Shown here one piece after another: positions 19,743 to 28,664 of a stretch of DNA of 64,000 nt (position 1 is its first letter; each line of letters begins with the position of its first letter). Source of the stretch: an uncultured delta proteobacterium (GTDB lineage Bacteria > Myxococcota_A > Polyangia > Fen-1088); NCBI GenBank assembly GCA_963755125.1, contig CAVWIP010000008.1, positions 320,001-384,000 of the forward strand, in the 5' to 3' direction. The notes under the pieces are model-generated. The model ran no database searches, was not told the origin of the DNA, and saw only the letters and a program-made list of their open reading frames with translations. Position numbers and translations under genes: made by a program.

Positions 19743-20554
19743 CGTCGTCCTCCCGGACGCCGCCCCTTGCCGGGCGGCGTTCCTTTGTGTGGCATTCGGC
19801 AATGCTTCCGATTGAAGCGCACGACGCACTGGCGTTTCGATGCCAGCATCGCGATCGTGGTCGTTCACGGCCCTGGCGCGGTGACCGACTACGATGAGTG
19901 GTCCCGCTTGGCACCGCCACAATGGGCGCCGAAACGGTGGCCATGTGCTTTTCCCGAAAGGTCACCCGACTGCACTCCTGTAGCACAGCCATAAACCCTT
20001 CTGTTCTGTACAGTCAAGGAGCGCCGGGAGCGATTTGCGATGTTTTTGCTTTTCGTTTGACTGGAGGCAGCAGGCTGGAGGCGGGATAGCTACTGTGAGG
20101 AGATACTCACAGGTTAGGCACAGGGAAGGCCACAATGGCTACTGTGATGTGGCATCTCGTCCTTAACTGACAGTGCGGGATGTCACAAGCGTGGCGGCTA
20201 ACGCCGCATCTTCCATTCCATGGCACTGCTCAATGGTTTCGCCTAGTTACGTCCGCCTTGTTTTGGAGGCCTTGTTTTTCAGGCAGTCCACGCCTATTGG
20301 TGGTGACCTCGTCATGATGGGATTCATCATCTCGTTGACGAAGGTGTCGACAATAGTGTGAGATAGCCGGTTGGCGTTTAGTTCTGTTAGGTCTCGATGA
20401 ATAGTGGATGGTCAGCAATCTGAGTTGCATGCGGATAGTTTCCCGAATCTGCTTACTGAAGCTCGACTGGGAGGGAGCATCTGTCGAGATGCTTCGGAAG
20501 AATGGGTTCGTTCCTCGAAGTCTTGGCTGAGTTCTCGGGTTACTACGTGGAAGA

Positions 20555-21480
20555 GGGTGGTTCCGTGGGCTGGAAGGGTTTAGCAGGGCACCTTCTTGGC
20601 AGGAACTTCATTGGTTTGAGGATATCGGTGCTCCGACGCTCCCATCCTCACAAAAGATGTTGCCTGGAATGCCGGAGACGATGAGCGAGAAGGGGGTTCC
20701 TGGGCTGAGAGGTCTGGCAAACTACCTTCTTGGCAGGAACTTCATGGGCCTGAGCATCTCGGCACTCCCATCCTCACAAAGATGTTGCCTGGAATGCTGG
20801 AGACAATGAGCGAGAAAGGGGGTTCCTGGGCTGAGAGGTCTGGCAAACTACCTTCTTGGCAGGAACTTCATGGGCCTGAGCATCTCGGCACTCCCATCCT
20901 CACAAAGATGTTGCATGAAATGCTGGAGAGGATGAGCGGAAAGGAGGTTCCTGGGCTGAGAGGTCTCGGCTAACTACCTTCTTGGCAGGAACTTCATGGA
21001 CCTGAGCATCTCGGCACTCCCATCCTCACAAAGATTTTGCATGGAATGCTGGAGAGGATGAGCGGAAAGGGGGTTCCTGGGCTGAGAGGTCTGGCAAACT
21101 ACTCTTGGCAGGAACTTCATGGGCCTGAGCATCTCGGCACTCCCATCCTCACAAAGATGTTGCATGGAATGCTGGAGAGGATGAGTGAGAAGGAGTTTCC
21201 TGGGCTGGGAGGCCTGGCAAACCACCTTCTTGGCAGGAACTTCATGGGCCTGAGCATCTCGGCACTCCCATCCTCACAAAGATGTTGCATGGAATGCTGG
21301 AGAGGATGAGTGAGAAGGAGTTTCCTGGGCTGGGAGGCCTGGCAAACCACCTTCTTGGCAGGAACTTCATGGGCCTGAGCAACACGACAGCCTTCATCCT
21401 CGAAAAGATCTTGCCTGGAGTGCTGGTGAAGATGAGACGAGAACGGGTACCGTGGGCTGGGAAGGGAAGAGTTCCCGCCA
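20555..21480. repeat. Non-coding tandem array, 7 copies of a ~125-bp unit
   Basis: AGGAACTTCAT core starts at 20601, 20735, 20861, 20987, 21110, 21235, 21360 (spacings 134,126,126,123,125,125). Confidence 0.95.
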
Positions 21481-21734
21481 AAGAGTCTCGCTTCCGTCGC
21501 GCAGGTCTTTTTGGTGTCGAACGACAGCGACGCGGCTTTCTGCGGCCCCCTCTTCACAGTATTGAAAACCAGGGACGGGAAACCCTCATCACGTGGTCGG
21601 AGATGCCGCGCCGTGCTCTCATTATATATGAGCGATATGTGCGGTTCCCTCCCGGAGGATCCCGGCGGTCACCAGCAACCCGCCCCGTGGACCGTGCAGG
21701 TGTGGACGCCGGGCACCTCGATCCTGGGCCGGAG

Positions 21735-22425
21735 GTGGGCATGGGCATGGGCGCCGGCACCTTGATCCCTAGATCCTGGAGGCCTGATGTGAGCACGGGC
21801 ATGAGCCCGTGACAGGCAGATGGCGCGGGTAGCATACCAAGGGGGCGTCGCCAGCCGCGTGTCCATGCCGCTGGTCACGGTGCAAAAGGCCGTGATTTAT
21901 GCGGCGGGCATTCCGTCAAATGGGGACTGCCACGGGCAAAGCTGCCGGCGGAGAGAAGAGGAACGGGCGCATGAGCCATGGACCAGAGGCTTGGACGAAC
22001 ACCAGGCAGCCCGGGTCATCCGGTCCTTATCGACTGAATTCTCGCCATTTGCGACCGTTGCATAACGCACGGAGCGTCGTCTATCTCTATGGAATCGTTG
22101 ATCGATTGCTGGCGAGTGCCGTGCCTGGGCCGCCAGAGTCGCCATCGGAGGTGAAGGCGCCAGGCTCCGCCAGCTCCGCGCCTGGGTTCGAGGGAAAGGG
22201 GGTGATGGCGCGGGGAGTAGACAAGACAAGGCGTGGGCGCTTGAGCCGTCGGCCGGCATGGGCGCCGGCACCAGGAGCTTGGCCTGGGTCCGGCCATCGG
22301 CATCACCATGGCCATGGGCGCCGGCACCGGGGCCTTGGTGCCTCCGGACGTGGCCATCGGCACCGGGGCCTTGGGGCGGATGTGGCCATGGGCCTGGGCA
22401 TGCGCATCGGCATGGGCGTCGCCTG
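21735..22425. repeat. Cluster of GC-rich GGCATGGGCGCCGGCACC-like motifs
   Basis: Copies or variants near 21743, 22255, 22311, 22352, 22408. Confidence 0.6.
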
Positions 22426-22654
22426 ACCATTTCGCTTTCGCCGGGCTCGCGGTGGAGTGGTTGACTCCTCAGTGAGGCCGCGCTACTCTTTCTGCAGTTG
22501 TCTGTGGTTTTGGAGTCTCGATTCCGGCGGGCTTGTTGAGCCCGTTGGTAGACGCTCTGGAATTTTCACGCAGTCGACGGTGTCTGGTGTCTGGTCAGCT
22601 CGCTTTTGCGGCGACCAATCAAGGCGAACACCTAACCACTGTGCGTGAGGTCCC

Positions 22655-23893
22655 ATGAGCAACGAATCCGACAATGATCAACCGATCCCAGAAGCATCAC
22701 TTTCGGACTCGAACCCGCAACTGACCGCAGACGAAGACGAGGGCGCAGAGTCTCCGGTCGTCAAGCGGACGCGCGAACTCCTTGAAAGCGAACCCGGTTC
22801 TCATCCCCCGCCCGACCGTCGTGTGATCGATCCCGAGAGCGCGCTGGGCAAGATGTTCGCCGCAATGAACCCGGGCTCAATCATTCCCTCGACGCCCGAT
22901 GAGAGTGCGCAAGCCGCGTTTTTCGCGCGACTGCGCGAGCAGGACGATATGCCGGAACCGTCGGACACTTACCAAAATCGCCCTCCCCGCACGGCGGCCG
23001 ACCTTCGCGAGGGTCTTAAAGAGCGCCTCCATCCTCACGTCGAGGGTCCGATCGAGACTCGTGAAATTCTCCTCAGTCAGATCTCGAACGGCAACTTTGA
23101 GAACTGCCGTCGTTCAAAGGACACCGAGGAACGCGCCGCCTTGAAGGCGTCGATGGCAAGCAAAACCGGCCTACTCAACGCCATTGTCGTCTGCAGAGAT
23201 CCTCACGACCCGGAGAAATTCCATCCGATTTGCGGCTACACCAGACTCGAACTCGCCCGCGAACTCGGCTGGAGCACCATCCGCTGCACAATTCGGGAGG
23301 TCCACAGCGAGCGTGACGCTTTGTTGATGAATCTATCTGAGAACTTGGCCAGGTCCAATCTCACTCCCTACGAGTCGGCGGCTCAGATCGAGTTGATCTG
23401 CCGGCGCTTCCTGGTGAAGCCCGAGGAAGTCGCCAAGGCGCTGGCACTATCCGTAAGGCATGTCTATTCGATGTTGAGATATATGAGCGTCCTCCCGCCC
23501 GACGTCATCGCCGACTGGAAGAATGCGCATCCCCTCCTGACGTTCAGGATTCTAGATCGACTCTCGAAGGAGCCCAATCCAACAAGGGCGTGGCAGGCGA
23601 TGCGGGCGCGGCACGAAATCGAGGAGAACAAGGTCCCCACGACCTTCGTGCCCACCGAGGACGACGGCGACACGAGCGGCTGGGAAGAGTTCACGCGCCC
23701 CTCGAAGGCAAAGCTGGCCCACCTGCGCGACATCCTTTCGCGCGCAAAACTGCCCAACGACCCCGAGCGTCTCCGTAAGATCGCAATTGGGATCGTCGAC
23801 TGGGCTCGCGGCGCGACCCGAAGCATACCAGACGTTCTTGCGCCGCAACTCAAGCGCCGTGCTCAGCCTCGCCGCCTCGCGAAGAAAGAGTAG
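22655..23893 (+). CDS. parB: ParB/RepB/Spo0J family protein
   Basis: GLLNAIVV...CGYTRLELARELGW...ENLARSNLTPYESA, followed by an HTH; long disordered N-terminus. Confidence 0.85.
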   Translation: MSNESDNDQPIPEASLSDSNPQLTADEDEGAESPVVKRTRELLESEPGSHPPPDRRVIDPESALGKMFAAMNPGSIIPSTPDESAQAAFFARLREQDDMPEPSDTYQNRPPRTAADLREGLKERLHPHVEGPIETREILLSQISNGNFENCRRSKDTEERAALKASMASKTGLLNAIVVCRDPHDPEKFHPICGYTRLELARELGWSTIRCTIREVHSERDALLMNLSENLARSNLTPYESAAQIELICRRFLVKPEEVAKALALSVRHVYSMLRYMSVLPPDVIADWKNAHPLLTFRILDRLSKEPNPTRAWQAMRARHEIEENKVPTTFVPTEDDGDTSGWEEFTRPSKAKLAHLRDILSRAKLPNDPERLRKIAIGIVDWARGATRSIPDVLAPQLKRRAQPRRLAKKE

Positions 23894-23902
23894 GAGACAA
23901 TC

Positions 23903-24472
23903 ATGCGTTTCAATCACAATCCCAGCTTCGCCCTGGACTACCTGGCTATGGACGGCGAGCGGCTAACCGAGGCCGAGCAGGCCGCAACTGCCAAGGCGGC
24001 GCTGCCCGCCACGCTGGAGGCCCTGGCCGAGGGGGATAACCAGCTCAGCGCATGCTCTGGGCACTCACGAGGGTGCGAAGGCGGTTGGCCGGGGCACTCC
24101 TCGACGCGAGGAGGGGTAGGCGCTGTGCTTGCGAAGACCTCCACCGACGGGCCGGACCTGGCCCGCAAGCTGCGCAAGGCGCTTGATGATCTGCTGGAGG
24201 TGGGCGAGGACGCCGGGGAGCTGGTCTGCATAATCGAGGACAGCTTCGACATCGACTATCCCGCCACCGACGGCGAGTGGCCGAGCGAGGCCGAGCAGGC
24301 GGCGGCCAGGATGGCGTTGCCCGGCGCCCTGGATACCATCGCAAAGGCGGAGAACCAGGTGCGCAAACAATTGTGGCTCGTGTCCAAGGCCCGGCGGAGC
24401 CTGGCCAGGACGCTGCGGGCGGAGCAGGGGGAAGCGCATGGCCGGGGAGGGCATCATGCGGGCGCCAGATGA
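23903..24472 (+). CDS. Hypothetical protein with an internal repeat
   Basis: AGGAG RBS; EAEQAA..ALP..L...A..xNQ occurs twice. Confidence 0.6.
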   Translation: MRFNHNPSFALDYLAMDGERLTEAEQAATAKAALPATLEALAEGDNQLSACSGHSRGCEGGWPGHSSTRGGVGAVLAKTSTDGPDLARKLRKALDDLLEVGEDAGELVCIIEDSFDIDYPATDGEWPSEAEQAAARMALPGALDTIAKAENQVRKQLWLVSKARRSLARTLRAEQGEAHGRGGHHAGAR

Positions 24473-24575
24473 TGAGGACCTTGAGGGCGACGACGAGGGC
24501 GACGAGGACGACGTGGACGGCGAGTTCGAGAACGATGGCTTCGACGAGATCGAGGACGACGACGAGGAGGACTGA
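24456..24575 (+). CDS. 39-aa highly acidic mini-protein
   Basis: GGGGAGG RBS; MRAPDDEDLEGDDEGDEDDVDGEFENDGFDEIEDDDEED*; next ATG 1 nt after the stop. Confidence 0.55.
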   Translation: MRAPDDEDLEGDDEGDEDDVDGEFENDGFDEIEDDDEED

Positions 24576-24576
24576 C

Positions 24577-24960
24577 ATGGACCACGACGAGTGCAGGCAT
24601 GTGATCAAAATTCAGATCGAACGCTGGGTCCGCAAGAATAGCGGCCCGCTCGCCAGCTCGATCGTGCTCCATCGCCTGGATCGGGACGGGCGCCCGGCAG
24701 AGACGATATACACCTGCTGCCTCAAAGACCCGGTCGACTACGAGGTAGCCGTCCGCGACGATGCAGCCCAGATCGTGCTGGACGGTCACATCTACGCGAT
24801 CGTGGAGAACGCCCAGCGCGACGCCAACGAGCGGAAGGGCGGCGTCCAGATCTATGCCCTGTACCCCATTTACAATGACGGCACCCGCGGCCCCCGCAAG
24901 AAATTCCGGGCGGCGCCGGAAGAGGCGGAGCCGGAGCCTGCCAGCGAGGCGGCACCCTGA
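24577..24960 (+). CDS. Hypothetical protein
   Basis: GAGGAGG RBS, MDHDECRH..., operonic. Confidence 0.6.
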   Translation: MDHDECRHVIKIQIERWVRKNSGPLASSIVLHRLDRDGRPAETIYTCCLKDPVDYEVAVRDDAAQIVLDGHIYAIVENAQRDANERKGGVQIYALYPIYNDGTRGPRKKFRAAPEEAEPEPASEAAP

Positions 24961-25748
24961 TCCATCTCCTGCGAGCCCGGGTCCTCCACGACCACGTGGT
25001 GCGGTTCCGCCTCAGCGACGGCCGCGACATCGATCGCGACTTCAGCCTGATTGAGGGCGGCGTCTTCACGGCGACCTGGGCGGACCCGAGGAAGTTCGCG
25101 AAGGTCTCCGTCGCAGGCGGCGATCCGTCCTGGCCTGGCGGGCTCGACATCTGCCCCGACGTCGTCTTGCGGGGCGGGCTCAAGGGCAGGGTGCCCCGCT
25201 TCGCGTTCGTGGGGCCGGGCTGCCTGATTTCCCGGGCGACGGTGGCCACCGCGCACCACGAGGCCGGCCACGCCGTCGTGGGCCTCAAACTGTCCGGCAA
25301 CATGCCCCTGAAGATGTCTGTCATCCCCGAGGCCGGGAGCATGGGCAGGACCCGCAACTGCCCCTGGCCGCGGTCCTTCCGGCCCGAGGAGAAGATGACC
25401 CCGCTCACCAGGGCGAGGCTGGAGGACGAGACGGCCACCATCCTGGCGGGGTCCGAGGCGGAGCGGAGATACACGGGCCGGGCCAGCCGCCTCGGGGCGA
25501 GGGATGACGTCGAGGGCGCCAGGGTCTACGCGAAGCTCGCCGCCGGCGACGATGCCCGGGGCGTCGCGGCCTACATAGGATGGTGCTCGTCCATCGCCCG
25601 GCGGGCCGTCGAGGAGAACTGGGGCCTGATCGCCCGGTTCGCGCGACGCCTGGCGGACGCCGGCGAGCTGGAGGGGGCGGAGCTGGAGGCGGCGCTCACG
25701 TCGAAGAGGTGGGACGGGCCTGCCCGCAGCCGCTGGCAGGCGTCGTGA
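24957..25748 (+). CDS. DUF2442-like domain fused to an M41/FtsH-like zinc peptidase domain (start uncertain)
   Basis: VRFRLSDG...GGVF...DP..F..V.V...WPGGLDICPD, then TAHHEAGHAVV...LAGSEAE. Confidence 0.7.
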   Translation: MIHLLRARVLHDHVVRFRLSDGRDIDRDFSLIEGGVFTATWADPRKFAKVSVAGGDPSWPGGLDICPDVVLRGGLKGRVPRFAFVGPGCLISRATVATAHHEAGHAVVGLKLSGNMPLKMSVIPEAGSMGRTRNCPWPRSFRPEEKMTPLTRARLEDETATILAGSEAERRYTGRASRLGARDDVEGARVYAKLAAGDDARGVAAYIGWCSSIARRAVEENWGLIARFARRLADAGELEGAELEAALTSKRWDGPARSRWQAS

Positions 25749-26032
25749 CGCTCGCCGTGGATCTGTCCGGCGTCCGCGGGCAACTGCTCCGGGCCAAGGC
25801 CGAGGGCAAGTATTGCTCCGGGTGCGCGCTCGACATGTTCGCGTGGCTGGCCGAGCACGGTCCGATCCCGCGGCTGTCGCGACCGAAGGCCGCGAGGGAC
25901 TGGCTCGACGTGTTCGAGCGGACGTTCGCGGTGGAGGACAAGGCCCAGCTCGTGAGGGACGGGAAGTGCAAGATCTGCCGGCGTCCCAGGGCCAGCGCCC
26001 TGCGCCTCAAGCGGGCCCTCGGCCTGAACTAG
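25745..26032 (+). CDS. Small hypothetical protein with two CxxC motifs
   Basis: GTGA overlap with upstream stop; CSGC and CKIC. Confidence 0.5.
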   Translation: MTLAVDLSGVRGQLLRAKAEGKYCSGCALDMFAWLAEHGPIPRLSRPKAARDWLDVFERTFAVEDKAQLVRDGKCKICRRPRASALRLKRALGLN

Positions 26033-26052
26033 CCCGCTGGCCTCCGGGGCGC

Positions 26053-26799
26053 TCAGCGGGCGGGGCGCCTGGGCGCCCGCATGCTGGGCTTGCCCGGCGG
26101 GTTGCCGGAGACGCGCTCGCCGTCGAGCGCCCGGAAGACCGTGAATTCCATCGAGGGCAGTCCCAGCACCCCGAACGTGGCCGGCCTGAACACGTCGGGC
26201 ACCAGGAGCGGGCCGCTATGCTTGAAGACGTAACTTTTAGAGCAACAGGAGCCGGAGTTCAGGATCTTGCCGGGCGGTTCGTCCACCGCCAGCTCGAACT
26301 CCACGTGGCTGTGGCCGACAATCAAGATCTGGGCATGGGCCTGCTCCAATAGGTGCCGCCGCAGCCCCGGCCCGGTGGCCTCCTTCGTGATTCCCTCCAT
26401 GTCGCTGCCCGGCCGTGCGTGCCACATCGACAGCTTCACGCCCTCCAGCTCGGCCTCCCAATGCGTGGGCAGGGTCGCCAGCCAGGCGAGCGAGTCGCGC
26501 GACAGCTCGGCGCCGCCGCCGAAGTGAACGGAGATGTTGCACGGCTCGAAGAAGCTGCGCACGTCCTTCTGCCGGCGGCGGTTCTCCAACGCCCACCGCT
26601 CGTGGTTCCCGAGGATGCAGATGATGTTCTTCTCCGCCTTGAGCCGCTGGCACACCTCCTCGCCGAACGGCTCCATGTCGATCAAGTCGCCGCCACATAG
26701 AATCACATCGCAGCCCATGGCGCGGAGCCGGGGCAGGGCGGCGTCGAGCGCCAAGATGTCGCCGTGGACGTCTGTTAGGATTCCGACGAGCCTAGGCAA
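26053..26799 (-). CDS. Calcineurin-like metallophosphoesterase
   Basis: TDVHGD, GGDLID, LGNHE, WHA, GHSH motifs. Confidence 0.88.
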   Translation of the reverse strand: MPRLVGILTDVHGDILALDAALPRLRAMGCDVILCGGDLIDMEPFGEEVCQRLKAEKNIICILGNHERWALENRRRQKDVRSFFEPCNISVHFGGGAELSRDSLAWLATLPTHWEAELEGVKLSMWHARPGSDMEGITKEATGPGLRRHLLEQAHAQILIVGHSHVEFELAVDEPPGKILNSGSCCSKSYVFKHSGPLLVPDVFRPATFGVLGLPSMEFTVFRALDGERVSGNPPGKPSMRAPRRPAR

Positions 26800-27301
26800 G
26801 CCGCACCCCCTCCCTGTGGACGTCGTTGTAGGGGGAGCCGCCCCAGCTCTCCGCCTCGTGCTCGTCGAATGTCTTTTCGTCGACCAAGAGGAGGTCGATG
26901 TCCTTGTGGACGTCGTCGCCCAGGGCCTCGTGCATCGCACTGGACAGGTCGGCGATCTCGCCCAGCATGTCGCGAGGCATCTCCTCCACGACCACCACGA
27001 TGTTCAGGTTCGATCTCGCGTGGGCATCGCCACGGGCGTAAGAGCCGATGAGCCACGCCGACTTCACGCGAGGGTTCTTCACCACGCGCTCGCCCGGGGC
27101 CGGCGGCAACAAGGGCAATCCGGGAGGAATTCCCTCACCCGCGGCGATCTTGGCCTCCCGCCTGGCCAGGGCCTCCACGACCGCGGCCCGGATCTGTGCC
27201 AGCGTGAGGACGCCCCGGCCGAGCCGCGCCCACCGGGCGGTCGCGGCCCGGCGGGCGCGGCGCGAGCGCTGCTCGGCGCCGAATGATGGAGCCCGCTTCA
27301 T
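26792..27301 (-). CDS. Minimal nucleotidyltransferase (MNT)-like protein, DxD replaced by NxN
   Basis: WLIGSYARGDAHARSNLNIVVVV...DIDLLLV. Confidence 0.8.
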   Translation of the reverse strand: MKRAPSFGAEQRSRRARRAATARWARLGRGVLTLAQIRAAVVEALARREAKIAAGEGIPPGLPLLPPAPGERVVKNPRVKSAWLIGSYARGDAHARSNLNIVVVVEEMPRDMLGEIADLSSAMHEALGDDVHKDIDLLLVDEKTFDEHEAESWGGSPYNDVHREGVRLA

Positions 27302-27639
27302 CGCGCCCCCATCGTCCCCAGCAGCGCCGCCGCGAGGAACAGGGCCACGCCGATAAGCAGGCGCCACATCACGCGCTTGGCGGCCGACGGGCCAGGACCC
27401 TTGGCGCGGGGGCCGGGGGGCGCCGCCTCCTCGACGCCGCGCCCTCCCCAGAGCCAGCCCGCAAACAGGACCACCGCGGCGGCGTCCCCCGCCATCGCGT
27501 TGTCCATCGCGTAGCCGGCGAGGTGGAGCGCCAGGCCGGCCAGGGCGACCTTGATCAGGAACCTCGGATCTGGTTCCTGCGCGTCCTCGTCCTCGGTCAT
27601 CTCGTCTTGGTCTTCCATGCCTTCGCCAACCGGCCGCAC
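27298..27639 (-). CDS. Small membrane protein (about 3 TM)
   Basis: Three hydrophobic segments; overlaps both neighbours. Confidence 0.55.
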   Translation of the reverse strand: MRPVGEGMEDQDEMTEDEDAQEPDPRFLIKVALAGLALHLAGYAMDNAMAGDAAAVVLFAGWLWGGRGVEEAAPPGPRAKGPGPSAAKRVMWRLLIGVALFLAAALLGTMGAR

Positions 27640-28664
27640 TCGGCCGCCTTCTTGCCCTCCCGTGCCTCCGCCGCCTCGCGGGCGGCCTTGCGCTTGCTCC
27701 GGCGTCGGCCCTCCCGCAAGAGACGGTTGATGTCCGCCATTGAGAGCAGCCTGTCACGGTCGCGAAACCGCTTCTGGGCCACCAGCAAGCCCTCGTCGTC
27801 CGCCAGTTTCTCCAACAGTGTGGGGGCGACCTTGCGGACGAACTCCCAGATCTCCCTCGGGGTCATCCTCGCCGTCCTCTTCTTCAGTCGGATGAGGGCC
27901 TTCCAATCGACGGCGCGATACTTCCTCTTGACGTCGGCTGGCTGGCGGGACGCTGCATCCCCAATCTGATGTATGTGCCGCAGAGCCGCCGCCTGGCGTG
28001 GCCGGCTCGCCTTGAAGGCGGCGAAGTCCATGTCCTCCGCGCATTGCGGGAGATTCAGGCAGGCCACGATGATGTCATTGAACCACGTGGTCGCTGGTTT
28101 GCGGGGGAAGCGCAGAGCACCACCCCAGGGCCATTTTTCGCTCTTCATTTTCTTCTCCGCATCATCCACCTTGAGGCAAGCCTTGCAGCGGACGGACACC
28201 CAGTTCCGCCGCCTGGTGAGAGTGCCGGGCTTGCCGCAGATCTCGCATGTCCGCACGGACTCGCGGATCGCCTTGCCGAGCGCGGCGTCCGTCACCTTGC
28301 CGAGGCGTGGATCTGACGGCGTGTCCTGATCGCAGAAATACACTCTCAGGGAGCCGAACTTCTCTTTGATTTGCCAAACGCAGAGGTTCGGATCTGCTGA
28401 CAGCTTCGCAGAGAGGCGATCGACAAGAGCGTGCCACCCATCACCAATGCAGAATCCATCAACGGCGAAGCGACACGCCTTGCTCGTGGGGGTAGTCCTT
28501 GCCTCGCGATACAGCGACGGGTAGCGTTCGATCAGCTCCAGCACGTGGGCTGGTGATATGTCGAGCCGGTTCCGCTTGCCCGAGGCGGCGAGCAGCTTGG
28601 CCCGTTCGTAGACGCTTTTCGACCGGAAGTCGGCGTACTCTTGCCATCCTGCTGGGATTTTCAC
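27597..28664 (-). CDS. Phage-type hypothetical domain with zinc ribbon, fused to a degenerate DUF86/HEPN domain
   Basis: IGDGW...QIKEKFGSLRVY...CEICGKPG; then DIIVAC...DFAAFK...ALRHIHQIGDAA...VDWKAL...IWEFV; no RxxxxH. Confidence 0.65.
   Translation of the reverse strand: MKIPAGWQEYADFRSKSVYERAKLLAASGKRNRLDISPAHVLELIERYPSLYREARTTPTSKACRFAVDGFCIGDGWHALVDRLSAKLSADPNLCVWQIKEKFGSLRVYFCDQDTPSDPRLGKVTDAALGKAIRESVRTCEICGKPGTLTRRRNWVSVRCKACLKVDDAEKKMKSEKWPWGGALRFPRKPATTWFNDIIVACLNLPQCAEDMDFAAFKASRPRQAAALRHIHQIGDAASRQPADVKRKYRAVDWKALIRLKKRTARMTPREIWEFVRKVAPTLLEKLADDEGLLVAQKRFRDRDRLLSMADINRLLREGRRRSKRKAAREAAEAREGKKAAECGRLAKAWKTKTR

Noticed and set aside
20690..20760. Tandem TPP riboswitches (GGGG...GCTGAGA...ACC)
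   Set aside because: The CCTGATC...TAATGCC...GCGTAGGGA half is missing and no thiamine genes follow.
20555..21480. CRISPR array
   Set aside because: Whole units are repeated with no unique spacers, and there are no cas genes in the window.
20502..21812. ORFs within the array as a repeat protein
   Set aside because: Units of 125 and 134 bp shift the frame, so the ORFs are short and inconsistent.
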